DNA from: Trueperaceae bacterium | Lineage (GTDB): Bacteria; Deinococcota; Deinococci; Deinococcales; Trueperaceae | Direction: 5' to 3' | Assembly (NCBI GenBank): GCA_965213925.1 | Contig: OZ243927.1 | Coordinates: 2,368,001-2,432,000, forward strand | Length of the DNA stretch: 64,000 nucleotides | Shown here: positions 10,728-19,870 of the stretch, in pieces | How the letters are laid out: the number at the start of each line of letters is the position of its first letter | Position numbering within the stretch: the first letter of the stretch is position 1 | Position numbers and translations under genes: made by a program | Notes under the pieces: generated by a model | Database searches by the model: none | Told to the model about the DNA's origin: nothing | Seen by the model: the letters and a program-made list of their open reading frames with translations, nothing else

Positions 10728-11789
10728 TCAGAAAGCTAGGTCGATGTCCCCTGTCACTTCCACAAAATCTAGAACGACCTGCGCCAGTTCTTCCCCTTTG
10801 TCCTCTTGCAAGAAGTGTCCTCCGCCCTGGATCGTCGTGTGCGGCTGCCCTTGCGCGCCCGGCACGCGGCGCTGAAAGACGCGCTCGCCGCCGCGCATGA
10901 TGGGGTCGCCGTCGCTAAACGCGGTTAGGAAGGGCTTGTCGAAGCGCTCCAGCGCCGCCCACGCGCGGCGGTTTGCACTCGTAGCGGGGTTGTCTGGGCT
11001 TGTAGGCACGAGCGTCGGGAAGATGCGCGCCCCCGCTTTGTACGCCTCGCTGGGGAAGGGTGCGTTATACGCTTTGATGACCTCTCGGCTCAACTCGGTC
11101 TTCGTCCCCGCTTGGACGATCTGACCGACGGGCAAAACGGGCAGCGCTTGCGAAGCGAAAACCCACGCTCTGAACACATCCGGTAGCGTTTCGTCGCCAG
11201 TCGGGAGTGCGCCGTTGGCGAGCACGACTCGGGCGAAGCGTTCAGGGTGCGCCGCCACGAGCCGCAGCCCGGTGAGTGAGCCCCAGTCTTGGCACACCAG
11301 CGTGATGTCCCTCAGGTCTAGCTTTTGCACCCAGGTCCACAGCCAGTCCACGTGCTGCTGATAGCTGTACGCCCCCTGTTCCGCGAGCTTATCCGACTTG
11401 CCGAAGCCGATGAGGTCGGGCGCGAGCGCGCGGAGACCCGCCGCCGAAAAGCGCGGAATCATCTTCCGGTAAAGGTAGCTCCAGGAGGGTTCGCCGTGGA
11501 GCATCAAGATGACGGGTGCGTCACGTGCGCCTTCGTCGACGTAGTGCATCCGCAAGCTGTCAACGTGGATGTAATGCGGCGCGAAGGGATAGCCGGATAG
11601 ACCCTCAAAGCGTGCTTCGGGCGTTCTCAAAACCTCGCTCCCGCGCCAGTAGCCGACCACGCTGCGCCTGCGCCGACGCCGCAGCGCGACGCCGAGACCC
11701 GCGGCGGCTCCGAGCCAGAGTAGCTTCTTTACAGATTGCTTCACCGTTTCATCCCTCCAAGGCTCACTCGACACTTCATACATGGTCAT
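10728..11789 (-). CDS. haloalkane dehalogenase with N-terminal hydrophobic/poly-Arg extension
   Basis: LHGEPSWSYLYRKM, CQDWG (Asp nucleophile + Trp) and GHFLQED motifs; start uncertain. Confidence 0.88.
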   Translation of the reverse strand: MTMYEVSSEPWRDETVKQSVKKLLWLGAAAGLGVALRRRRRRSVVGYWRGSEVLRTPEARFEGLSGYPFAPHYIHVDSLRMHYVDEGARDAPVILMLHGEPSWSYLYRKMIPRFSAAGLRALAPDLIGFGKSDKLAEQGAYSYQQHVDWLWTWVQKLDLRDITLVCQDWGSLTGLRLVAAHPERFARVVLANGALPTGDETLPDVFRAWVFASQALPVLPVGQIVQAGTKTELSREVIKAYNAPFPSEAYKAGARIFPTLVPTSPDNPATSANRRAWAALERFDKPFLTAFSDGDPIMRGGERVFQRRVPGAQGQPHTTIQGGGHFLQEDKGEELAQVVLDFVEVTGDIDLAF

Positions 11790-11957
11790 AGCTACGTGCG
11801 GCTAGCCTAGCACATGCGTGTTTGGTGCGCGGTGTTCAAACTTCGATGTTTACGCGTTTAGCCTGTCAACCGTTTGACGGTTCTTTGTCCCATGATTGTT
11901 TCATAGTGATGAATCTCGAGGTATCCACACAAGGTAGCGTAACGGTAGAGATGGCGC

Positions 11958-12058
11958 TACACACTTTCCGGGTTATTCCCAAACGAGTAGAAAAGACGGA
12001 TTCTGGTAGTGGCAGCAGCGCTGCAAGCGTTTATGCAGCGGTCAATCGGAATCCGTAT
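11958..12058. repeat. MITE family B (Deinococcus-type small repeat), degenerate copy
   Basis: TTTCCGGGTTATTCC...TTTATGCAGCGGTCAATCGGAATCCGTAT, similar to 13537-13798 and 62871-62916. Confidence 0.6.
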
Positions 12059-12137
12059 TACGGCGTTCTACCGAGTTTGGGGACAGACTCGAGCGAGCGA
12101 TGGACCTTGCCTAAGGGCACTTCACATGGAGGACGAC

Positions 12138-13523
12138 ATGGCAGAGCATTTTGACGCAATCGTTATTGGCGCGGGGCAGGGCGGCGGACCCCTCGCGGGC
12201 GCGCTTTCACAAGCGGGGCACAAGGTGGCGCTCGTGGAGAAAGAGCACGTGGGCGGCACCTGCGTGAACGAAGGCTGCACGCCGACAAAGACGATGGTGG
12301 CGAGCGCGAGGGTGGCGCACGTCGCGCGGCGAGCGGCGCATTACGGCGTACATGTGGGCTCGGGTGACGTGTCTGTCGACATGAAGCGGGTTCGTGAGCG
12401 TAAAAACGAAGTCGTCACGATGTTTCGCGAAGGGAGCGAGAAGGGCGTTCGGAGCAAAGAGAACCTAGAGCTGCTCATGGGCACAGCGAAGTTTTCAGGC
12501 GAGAAGACAGTCGAGGTCGCGCTGAATGACGGCGGTACTAGAGAGCTAAGCGCCGACACCGTCGTCATCAACGCGGGGCAGCGCCCGAACATCCCGCCGA
12601 TTGACGGCTTGGATAGCGTCCCTTACCTGACCTCAACCTCGGTGATGGAGCTTGACGCGGTGCCTGAGCACCTGCTCGTCTTGGGCGGCGGCTACATCGG
12701 CTTGGAGTTCGCGCATATGTACCGCCGCTTCGGGGCGGAGGTGACGGTGGTGCAGAGAAACAGCCAGCTCTTGCCGAGGGAGGATAGAGACGTCGCCGAC
12801 ACCGTCGCCGATATTCTCCGGGACGACGGCGTCACCGTGTTGCTGAGTAGCGAGGCGCAGCGTGTGTCGGACGAGGGCGGCGTCTCGCTCACCGTGGAGG
12901 GTGAAGAGGGCGAACAGTTTCTGCGCGGCTCGCACCTCTTAGTAGCGACGGGGCGCAAGTCGAACAGCGACACGCTGAATCTGGAGGCGACAGGCGTCAA
13001 GGTGGACAAACGCGGTAACATCGAGGTGAACGGAAGCCTGGAAACCAACGTCCCCGGCATCTACGCTATCGGCGACATCAAAGGTGGTCCCGCGTTTACC
13101 CACATTTCGTATGATGACTACCGCATCCTCAAAGATAATCTCTTGAATAACGCGAAAAGGACGATTGACGGGCGCATCGTTCCCTACACCGTCTTCATGG
13201 ACCCGCAACTCGGTCACGTGGGGCTCAACGAGAAGGACGCGAGAGAGGCAGGCTATGACGTCAAAGTTGCCAAAATGCCCCTCTCCTACGCCGCGAGAGC
13301 CATCGAAATCGACGAGACGCGCGGGCTGATGAAAGCGGTTGTGGACGCCGACACCGACCAGATTTTAGGCGCGACGATGCTGAGTTTCGACGGCGGCGAA
13401 GTGGTGACCATTATCCAAACAGCGATGCTCGGCGGGGTGCCCTATCAGGTGCTGCGCGACAGCCCCTTCTCCCACCCGACCTTGGCAGAGTCGCTCAACA
13501 ACCTATTTTCGTCGTTCGAGTAA
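12138..13523 (+). CDS. class I pyridine nucleotide-disulfide oxidoreductase (RclA/'mercuric reductase'-like)
   Basis: GAGQGG, GGTCVNEGCTPTK redox pair, GGGYIG, HPTLAE; no C-terminal Cys-Cys, so not a true MerA. Confidence 0.9.
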   Translation: MAEHFDAIVIGAGQGGGPLAGALSQAGHKVALVEKEHVGGTCVNEGCTPTKTMVASARVAHVARRAAHYGVHVGSGDVSVDMKRVRERKNEVVTMFREGSEKGVRSKENLELLMGTAKFSGEKTVEVALNDGGTRELSADTVVINAGQRPNIPPIDGLDSVPYLTSTSVMELDAVPEHLLVLGGGYIGLEFAHMYRRFGAEVTVVQRNSQLLPREDRDVADTVADILRDDGVTVLLSSEAQRVSDEGGVSLTVEGEEGEQFLRGSHLLVATGRKSNSDTLNLEATGVKVDKRGNIEVNGSLETNVPGIYAIGDIKGGPAFTHISYDDYRILKDNLLNNAKRTIDGRIVPYTVFMDPQLGHVGLNEKDAREAGYDVKVAKMPLSYAARAIEIDETRGLMKAVVDADTDQILGATMLSFDGGEVVTIIQTAMLGGVPYQVLRDSPFSHPTLAESLNNLFSSFE

Positions 13524-13536
13524 AGGCGAGGATTCA

Positions 13537-13798
13537 TACCGTTTCCGGGTAATTCCTTTGGGAATTACCCCGAGTGGAAGAGCCTTCAGCCGGTGGTAGC
13601 ATCAACGAATAGCCAGTACAAGCGACGTCACAACGGCATGATACGCAGTCGCGTGGACCCTAGAACGGGCAAAGCGTCACGCGTGACGTGTTCCCGCTAG
13701 CGGCTGATGGCTCCTTAACGAGTTGAAAAAATACGAATTTCGGTTGTGAACGGAAGAGACTCGCCATAAGTTTATGCAGTGTTCAACCGGAATCCGTA
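13537..13798. mobile_element. MITE family B, long copy
   Basis: TIRs TACCGTTTCCGG / CCGGAATCCGTA with TCA on both flanks; internal hairpin CGGGTAATTCC-TTTG-GGAATTACCCG. Confidence 0.7.
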
Positions 13799-13822
13799 TC
13801 AGTAGACAGATATCAGCAGTCA

Positions 13823-13947
13823 TACGGAATTGCACAGTTTACTTACTCTAACTGAGGGCGTTAGAGCTTTTCAGCGGAGCGCCGAGTTTACGTCCCATCA
13901 CAGATGGGCACGGCTTAGTTTGCAAAACTAAGCCGTGCAACCTCGTA
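13823..13947. mobile_element. MITE family C, copy 1 (nested in a CAG-heptad hairpin)
   Basis: TIRs TACGGAATTGCAC / GTGCAACCTCGTA with TCA duplication; homologous to 14468-14567. Confidence 0.7.
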
Positions 13948-14032
13948 TCAGTAGAACTGTGTTCTGATTACTGATACCTGTCTACTGGCTTAGCTTTGAC
14001 CCAGACGCTCGAGCAAAAGGTACGATGTCAGC

Positions 14033-14461
14033 ATGGCACAAGGCTTATTCAACCTCATCAACATCCTCCCGCTCCCCATCTGGCTCGGGATGCTCCTCTT
14101 CCCGCGCGCGCGCTTTACCGAGCGCTTGGTCCTCGCCTATTGGCCCTACATCGTGCTCGGTGGGGTGTACACGCTCCTTTTGCTCGCCGCGCTCGCGACG
14201 GGCTCGGGCAGCTTCGACCTCTCGTTCGACACGTTGCGAGCAAGCTTCTCGCAGGAGTGGACCTTTTTGGCGGGCTGGGCGCACTACATCGCACTCGACC
14301 TCTTTATCGGCGTGTGGATTTTTCGCGACGCGAAGTATTGGGGCATCAACCCACGCTTATTCGTTTTGCTGACGCTCTTTTTCGGACCGCTCGGTTTAGC
14401 GAGCTACTTATTTATGCGCCAGCGCAAGCAGAAGGATGACCCAGTGCGGGTGCTAAATTAG
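14033..14461 (+). CDS. ABA4-like (DUF4281) membrane protein
   Basis: LP.W..ML..P...T, GWAHYIALDLFIG.WI and FFGPLGL..Y motifs; 4 TM helices. Confidence 0.85.
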   Translation: MAQGLFNLINILPLPIWLGMLLFPRARFTERLVLAYWPYIVLGGVYTLLLLAALATGSGSFDLSFDTLRASFSQEWTFLAGWAHYIALDLFIGVWIFRDAKYWGINPRLFVLLTLFFGPLGLASYLFMRQRKQKDDPVRVLN

Positions 14462-14467
14462 AGGTTA

Positions 14468-14567
14468 TACGAAATTGCACGGTTTACTTATCTTTACTGA
14501 GGGCGTTAGAACTTACCATCGCAGATGGGCACAACTTTGTTTGCAAACAAAGTTGTGCAACCTCGTA
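14468..14567. mobile_element. MITE family C, copy 2
   Basis: TIRs TACGAAATTGCAC / GTGCAACCTCGTA with TTA duplication; the right TTA is the stop codon of the converging gene. Confidence 0.7.
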
Positions 14568-15566
14568 TTAGTCTCGCGTCACTCGGTAGATTGTGCCACG
14601 GCTGAAGTCGCTGACTAAGAGGCTGCCGTCAAGCTCCAAAAGATGCTGCGGCGTCTGTAACCCTGTAATGAACGGCTCGACGTCGCCGCTCTCAGACGAA
14701 ACGCGAACGACGCCCGCCTCCACAGGTCCCCATAACGCGACTAAAAGCGCATCATTCTCGAAAGGCGACATGACAACGCTCGTCGGCGTCGAGTTGGGTG
14801 CGAAAAGTGCTAGGGGAGCCTGTGTCTCCTCACACTGCTCGGCCGTGCCGCCGTAGTTCCGCGCGGCTTCTTGGTTGCCGTAGCACCTCGGCCAACCATA
14901 GTCGCCGCCCTCAGTAATGAGGTTGAGTTCGTCCGGTGGCGCTTGACCGTTCACAGGATCATCGCCAATTTCGGTAGAGAAGAGTTCACCATTCTCGCTC
15001 AAAGCGTGCGCGTAGGCTCCTTTAAGTCCCGTCGCGACGGGTACGGGATTGGTCGGGTCGTCGGGGTTTAGGCGCTGGAGCGTTCCCGAGCCCTCCTGTG
15101 CGCGGTTTCCTGCGCGGCGTCCGCTCGTCTCGAAGAGAAGTTGACCGTCCGGGGTCACGGTGAGGGTGCCGTTCGAGCGACCGTTGAAGGGTAAGTTGCG
15201 TAGCACGGTTTCTGGTTCACCCACACCCGCTTCCGTGAGCGGCGCACGAAGCAGGTCGCGTCCTGCCGCAATCCACAGATGATCGTCTAAAATGGCGATG
15301 CCAGTCGGTTTAGTGAGGTTGTCCAAGAGGACCTCGAGTTCACCCGTGTTCATTGACAGCGCTACAACTTGCCCCGTCCCCGCGTTTTCGCTCCCGGCGA
15401 GTTGCGCCAGCCAGAGCCGTTCGTCCGGTCCCACAATCATCTGCGTCGGACCACGTAAGTTTTCGGCGATAACTGAAGCGCTGTAGCCGTCCGGTAAAGT
15501 GAGTTGGGCTAGAGCAAAACTGAGGACGAGCGTGCTGAATAGAGACAGAAGGGTTTTAGACATCAT
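14568..15566 (-). CDS. secreted PQQ-dependent sugar dehydrogenase-like beta-propeller
   Basis: Signal peptide; LPDGYSASVIAENL and PPDELNLI..GGDYGWP.CYG motifs. Confidence 0.8.
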   Translation of the reverse strand: MMSKTLLSLFSTLVLSFALAQLTLPDGYSASVIAENLRGPTQMIVGPDERLWLAQLAGSENAGTGQVVALSMNTGELEVLLDNLTKPTGIAILDDHLWIAAGRDLLRAPLTEAGVGEPETVLRNLPFNGRSNGTLTVTPDGQLLFETSGRRAGNRAQEGSGTLQRLNPDDPTNPVPVATGLKGAYAHALSENGELFSTEIGDDPVNGQAPPDELNLITEGGDYGWPRCYGNQEAARNYGGTAEQCEETQAPLALFAPNSTPTSVVMSPFENDALLVALWGPVEAGVVRVSSESGDVEPFITGLQTPQHLLELDGSLLVSDFSRGTIYRVTRD

Positions 15567-15626
15567 TCAATGTAACAGCCGCGCCGCATCCGCGCCGTGA
15601 GCTGCGTTCACGCTTTCGGATTACCC

Positions 15627-16631
15627 CTACGGCTGAAGCCAGACGTTGCGGTAACGCACCCTGTAGCGGTGCGCCTGCAAAACGATGGGTCCAAACTCTG
15701 AACCTTCATCGTTACCAAGGCGCGTGGGACCCGGAATCTGTACGTCGTCTTGAATGAGCGTCCCGTTGAGGCGCACGCTGACCCGCGCGTCCTCCACTTT
15801 GGTGTCGCCTTCATAGCGCGGCGCGGTGAAGAGAATGTCGTAGCGTTGCCACTCACCTGCGGGCAAGCTCGCGTTCGTGCTCGCGTCTGAGACGCCGTAA
15901 ACTGCGCCCACGTCGTTCTCACCCTCTAACGTTCGTCCGTACGAATCGAGCACTTGAATCTCATAGCGCCCTTGCAAGTAGACGCCGCTGTTGCCCCGTT
16001 CTTGCTCGCTAGCATCTTCAGGGCTTTCTGGCACGTTGAATTCGATGTGGAGCCAAAAGTCTTTATAGACCTCTTTCGTGCGGAGGTCGTTGTCGCCTAC
16101 GCTGTCGCCGGGAAGGACCTCGAGCGCCCCCTCCTCAACCGTCCACAGCTCGCCGCCCGCTTCTTCCGGCTCCCACGCGGATAAGTCTGAGCCATCGAAG
16201 AGCGCGGTTGCATCCGGTGGGAGAGGGGTGACGTCGAGGCTCGAGTAAGCCGACGCCCCCGCTTCGTTTACTGCGCGGACGCGGTACGTATAAGGTCGCC
16301 CTAAGATGACCTCTTCGTCGCGGTACCCAGTTGTGTCAGCCTCGAGCGTGGCGATAGGTGTGAATGTGTCATCGGATAAGAGGTCTTGGCGCTCGAGTTC
16401 GAACGACGTTTCGTTCTCAGTGTCTTGCCAAGAGAGGACGGCGGCAGATGTGCCCTCCCCGAAATTCGCCGTAACCGTCGACAAGCTGAGACCGCTGGGA
16501 ACAGAAGGAACTTCTGAACTATCTGGCTGGGACGGCTGAGTCGGCTCGGCTTCCCCATTGCAAGAGATCAGCAGAACCAAAAAGCAAAGGAGCACCACTA
16601 GGGCGCTCCTCTTCATGACGATCAAGCTCAT
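15627..16631 (-). CDS. lipoprotein with fibronectin type III and DUF1080 domains
   Basis: Lipobox LISC; FN3 (LSWQD..YRVRAVN.AG.S.YS); DUF1080 (GNSGVYLQGRYEIQVLDS, GEWQ.YDI, VRYRNVW). Confidence 0.85.
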   Translation of the reverse strand: MSLIVMKRSALVVLLCFLVLLISCNGEAEPTQPSQPDSSEVPSVPSGLSLSTVTANFGEGTSAAVLSWQDTENETSFELERQDLLSDDTFTPIATLEADTTGYRDEEVILGRPYTYRVRAVNEAGASAYSSLDVTPLPPDATALFDGSDLSAWEPEEAGGELWTVEEGALEVLPGDSVGDNDLRTKEVYKDFWLHIEFNVPESPEDASEQERGNSGVYLQGRYEIQVLDSYGRTLEGENDVGAVYGVSDASTNASLPAGEWQRYDILFTAPRYEGDTKVEDARVSVRLNGTLIQDDVQIPGPTRLGNDEGSEFGPIVLQAHRYRVRYRNVWLQP

Positions 16632-16639
16632 GACGTCTT

Positions 16640-17893
16640 CTAATTAACCATCTTCGTACGCCGCGACTGAAAGTCCATCAAGACGTACTGCCCGATGGTG
16701 TGCGGCGTGGTGAAGTACGCCTTGCCGTTCGTCATCGCCGAGACGCGCTGCACGAACGCCATCAACTCGGGGTCACGCGCCAGCATAAATGTGTTCACCT
16801 GAATCCCTTGACGGCGGCAACTACCGACCTCTCGGAGCGTTTCTCCTAAGACCATCGGGTCTAAGCCGTAGGCGTTTTTGTAGACGCGCCCGTTAGGGAG
16901 CGTAATCGCGGAGGGCTTCCCGTCCGTAATCATCACGATCTGCTTCATGTCCTTATTCTGCCGCTTCAAAATCTTTTGGGCGAGCCGCAAGCCTTCAGCA
17001 GTGTTCGTGTGATACGGTCCAACTTGCGACTGGGCGAGCTTGGCTAGGGGAATCTCCTCGGCGGAGTTGTGGAACAAGACGAACTTGATCACGTCGCCGG
17101 GGTACTGCGTCTGAATGAGGTGCGAGAGCGCCAGCGCGACCTGTTTGGCGGGCGTGAAACGGTCTTCACCATATAAAATCATCGAGTGCGAGCAGTCGAG
17201 CATGACGACCGTCGCAGCCGACGAGTTGTACTCGGCTTGCATGACCTCTAAGTCGCCGTAATCGAGGTCGAACTTGCCGTCCTCGAAGCCGCGCTGCGCC
17301 GCGTTCTTAAAGGTCTCGGAGAGGTTCAAATTCATCGTGTCGCCGAACTCGTAGGGCTTGGACTCGGCGGTGGCTTCGACGCCCGTCGTTTGAAACTGCG
17401 TTTCGTGTGCGCCAATGGACGACTTGCCTGCGCCGCCTAAGACGTCTTTGAGCGTGCGGTAGCCCAAGAAGTCGATGGCTTTGTTCGTCAGCTCGAACTT
17501 GACCTGTCCGGGGTCGCGGTCGGGTCCTTGTCCGCCCTGTCCGCCAGGTTGGTTGGGGTCGCCCGGCTCTTGCCCCTCTTGCGGCTTGAGGTAGCCCTCG
17601 CGCTCTAAACGCTGCGCCAACTCCTTGACGACTTCGCCGAGCTGCGAGTCCATCCAGTCCTCGTTTTCCATCGCCTGCTCGATCATCTCGTCCGAGACGA
17701 GTTCGTTGTTGATTAAAGCCTCGGCAATAGCGTCGTAGAGGTCTTGCATGGTCTGCTGATAGTTCGGGTCGGGGTCCCAGGGGTTGCGCTGAAAGCCCGA
17801 CTCTAAGAGCCGGTCCTGAATCATCTTCATCAGGTCGGCCATGTCCAAATCGTCGAGGGTGGCTTCGTATTTGGAGTAACGGGTAGCGGACAT
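16640..17893 (-). CDS. VWA domain-containing protein
   Basis: MIDAS DCSHSM, TNT.EGL and ITDGKP motifs; downstream of the AAA ATPase. Confidence 0.9.
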   Translation of the reverse strand: MSATRYSKYEATLDDLDMADLMKMIQDRLLESGFQRNPWDPDPNYQQTMQDLYDAIAEALINNELVSDEMIEQAMENEDWMDSQLGEVVKELAQRLEREGYLKPQEGQEPGDPNQPGGQGGQGPDRDPGQVKFELTNKAIDFLGYRTLKDVLGGAGKSSIGAHETQFQTTGVEATAESKPYEFGDTMNLNLSETFKNAAQRGFEDGKFDLDYGDLEVMQAEYNSSAATVVMLDCSHSMILYGEDRFTPAKQVALALSHLIQTQYPGDVIKFVLFHNSAEEIPLAKLAQSQVGPYHTNTAEGLRLAQKILKRQNKDMKQIVMITDGKPSAITLPNGRVYKNAYGLDPMVLGETLREVGSCRRQGIQVNTFMLARDPELMAFVQRVSAMTNGKAYFTTPHTIGQYVLMDFQSRRTKMVN

Positions 17894-17921
17894 AGGTTCT
17901 CCTTCGGAGAAGAAAAGAAAG

Positions 17922-17981
17922 TAGTCAGTAGTCAGAATTCAGCAGTGCTCTCATGCTGTCTACTGAATTCTGACTACTGAT
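17922..17981. repeat. heptad-repeat inverted hairpin (possible terminator or stabiliser)
   Basis: CAGTAGTCAGAATTCAG...CTGAATTCTGACTACTG. Confidence 0.55.
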
Positions 17982-17990
17982 CACCGACAT

Positions 17991-19436
17991 TTAATTCCAG
18001 CGTCTCCTGGCAGCTTGCCCCATATCGGGCTCCGCCGCGCTGTAGCCTCTCTCTTCGCTCCTGGCGACTTGCTTGCGAGCGTAGAGCCCTTCTAAGACGA
18101 ATTCGGCGGCGGCGGCTAGGTCGTCGCTCTCCTTGCCTTCGGCGAGTTGCCCGGCGGCGCTCATAAGTCCGGGCACGCTGCCCAAGACTTCGGGGAGCTG
18201 TTCGGTGCGGAGCGTGTCGGGAACCTTGAGGGTGTTGTCCGTATCGAAGTATTCGGTGATGGTGCTCGTCTCGAGATTCACACCTCTACGGCTAAAGACC
18301 TGCCCGATGGCGCGGCGCACGATGTCCTTGGCGACGACTTCGCCCCCTTTGAGTTCGCCTTCGTATTCAAGCTCTAACTTCCCCGTCACCGCCGAAAGCC
18401 CCGCATAGAGGTCGATCACGCGGGCGATAGGTGTACGCTCGCCCAACACATAGGCGCGGCGCTCGGCGTTACTCGCGACGTTTTCTAAAAGGCTGATCGG
18501 TAGACGCTGTGACACACCGGAGTGCTTATCTACGCGCGAGTCGTCCCGCGCTTGGAAGGCGACCTCTTCGATGATTTCCGCGACATACGAGGGAATCTTG
18601 ACCTTGTTGCCCTCACCTGCGCTCCGCCCGAGCCACGCCTCTTGCGAGGTGATCGCCATGCTCTCCTCGACGGTGGCGGGGTAGTGCGTACGAATCTCTG
18701 AGCCGATGCGGTCTTTTAAGGGTGTGACGATTTTACCGCGCGCCGTGTAGTCTTCGGGGTTGGCGCTAAAGACCATCATCACGTCTAAGGGCAGGCGAAT
18801 CGGATAGCCCTTAATCTGCACGTCGCCCTCTTGCATGATGTTGAATAGAGCGACTTGCACCTTACCGGAGAGGTCCGGGAGTTCGTTCATGGCGAAGACG
18901 CCGCGATTAGCGCGGGGCAAAAGCCCGTAGTGGACGCTCCTCTCGTCGCCCATCTTGGTGCCGAGCCTGGCGGCTTTGATGGGGTCGATGTCGCCGATGA
19001 TGTCGGCGACGGTGGCGTCCGGCGTGGCGAGCTTCTCGACGTACCGGGCGTCCTTCGGGAGCCAGGTGATGGGCGTCGCGTCGCCCTCCTCTTTGACGAC
19101 CTCTTTGCCTACGGCGCTCACGGGGTTGAAGGGGTCGTCGTTGAGTTCGCTATCCGCAATCACCGGAATTTCGTCGTCTAAGAGGTCCACGAGCTGGCGC
19201 AAGATGCGCGTTTTCGCCTGACCGCGCAACCCTAACAAGATAAAGTTGTGGCGGCTCAAGAGGGCGTTGACGATCTGCGGTGTGACCGAGTTCTCGTAGC
19301 CGACGATGCCGGGGAAGATGGCTTTATTCTCTTTCAAGCGGCAGATTAAATTGTCGCGCAGTTCTTGCTTGACGCTGCGCCCGGACTTGGTGCTCCAGGG
19401 CGTGGCGCGTAAGTCTCCTAATGTGGTCGCTTTCAT
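17991..19436 (-). CDS. magnesium-chelatase-like AAA+ ATPase, partner of the VWA protein
   Basis: Walker A variant GLRGQAKT, ANRGVFAMNELPDL, SANPEDYTARG. Confidence 0.9.
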   Translation of the reverse strand: MKATTLGDLRATPWSTKSGRSVKQELRDNLICRLKENKAIFPGIVGYENSVTPQIVNALLSRHNFILLGLRGQAKTRILRQLVDLLDDEIPVIADSELNDDPFNPVSAVGKEVVKEEGDATPITWLPKDARYVEKLATPDATVADIIGDIDPIKAARLGTKMGDERSVHYGLLPRANRGVFAMNELPDLSGKVQVALFNIMQEGDVQIKGYPIRLPLDVMMVFSANPEDYTARGKIVTPLKDRIGSEIRTHYPATVEESMAITSQEAWLGRSAGEGNKVKIPSYVAEIIEEVAFQARDDSRVDKHSGVSQRLPISLLENVASNAERRAYVLGERTPIARVIDLYAGLSAVTGKLELEYEGELKGGEVVAKDIVRRAIGQVFSRRGVNLETSTITEYFDTDNTLKVPDTLRTEQLPEVLGSVPGLMSAAGQLAEGKESDDLAAAAEFVLEGLYARKQVARSEERGYSAAEPDMGQAARRRWN

Positions 19437-19661
19437 ACCTTACTCCTCACCCGTATCGCTCACGGCGTGTGCGTTTTTATATATGACCATGTTCTATGTT
19501 AGCATCCCTAAAGCTGTGAGCTATGTGTAGGAGGGACGCATTCGTCTTCATCGTTTGCGCTGGTGACAGCGTGGACGGGGGATAAAAGTGAGACTATACA
19601 CCAAGGCATTCACGCAACTTCACGTTGATAAGCTAAAAGCGCTCTAAATTGGTCCGTATTC

Positions 19662-19766
19662 AAAAAAATTTGCCCCGCACGGGGGAGGCGCGGGGCACTT
19701 AGAGAGGAGATGGTGGAGACCCGGCTCGAAGTCCTAGCCTCCGTCGTTTAGCGCTTGGCTAAACTG
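19662..19766 (-). ncRNA. candidate small regulatory RNA (~105 nt)
   Basis: TATACT -10 at 19772-19777 (minus), two hairpins, single-stranded CU-rich CAUCUCCUCUCU, GC terminator with U7; no ORF. Confidence 0.5.
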
Positions 19767-19870
19767 AGGGTAGTATAGTCGAAGAACTCTTACAAGATTC
19801 TTACATGAGTCCTCAACTCCGAATACTCGAGAATGAGCCGGGTTGTAGAGACTGAGGTCTAAATTCAAGC

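Noticed and set aside
12009..12137. 43-aa N-terminal extension of the oxidoreductase in the ORF track
   Set aside because: Runs through a repeat element; a GGAGG RBS supports the ATG at 12138
12138..13523. mercury resistance gene merA
   Set aside because: No C-terminal Cys-Cys, no NmerA domain and no mer operon neighbours
13536..14570. CRISPR array
   Set aside because: Repeats are TIR-bounded elements without regular spacers; no cas genes in the window
19711..19735. TGGTGGAG...TCGAA looks like the reverse complement of a tRNA 3' end
   Set aside because: Spacing to the T-loop is 3 nt too short and no cloverleaf forms; treated as part of the sRNA candidate
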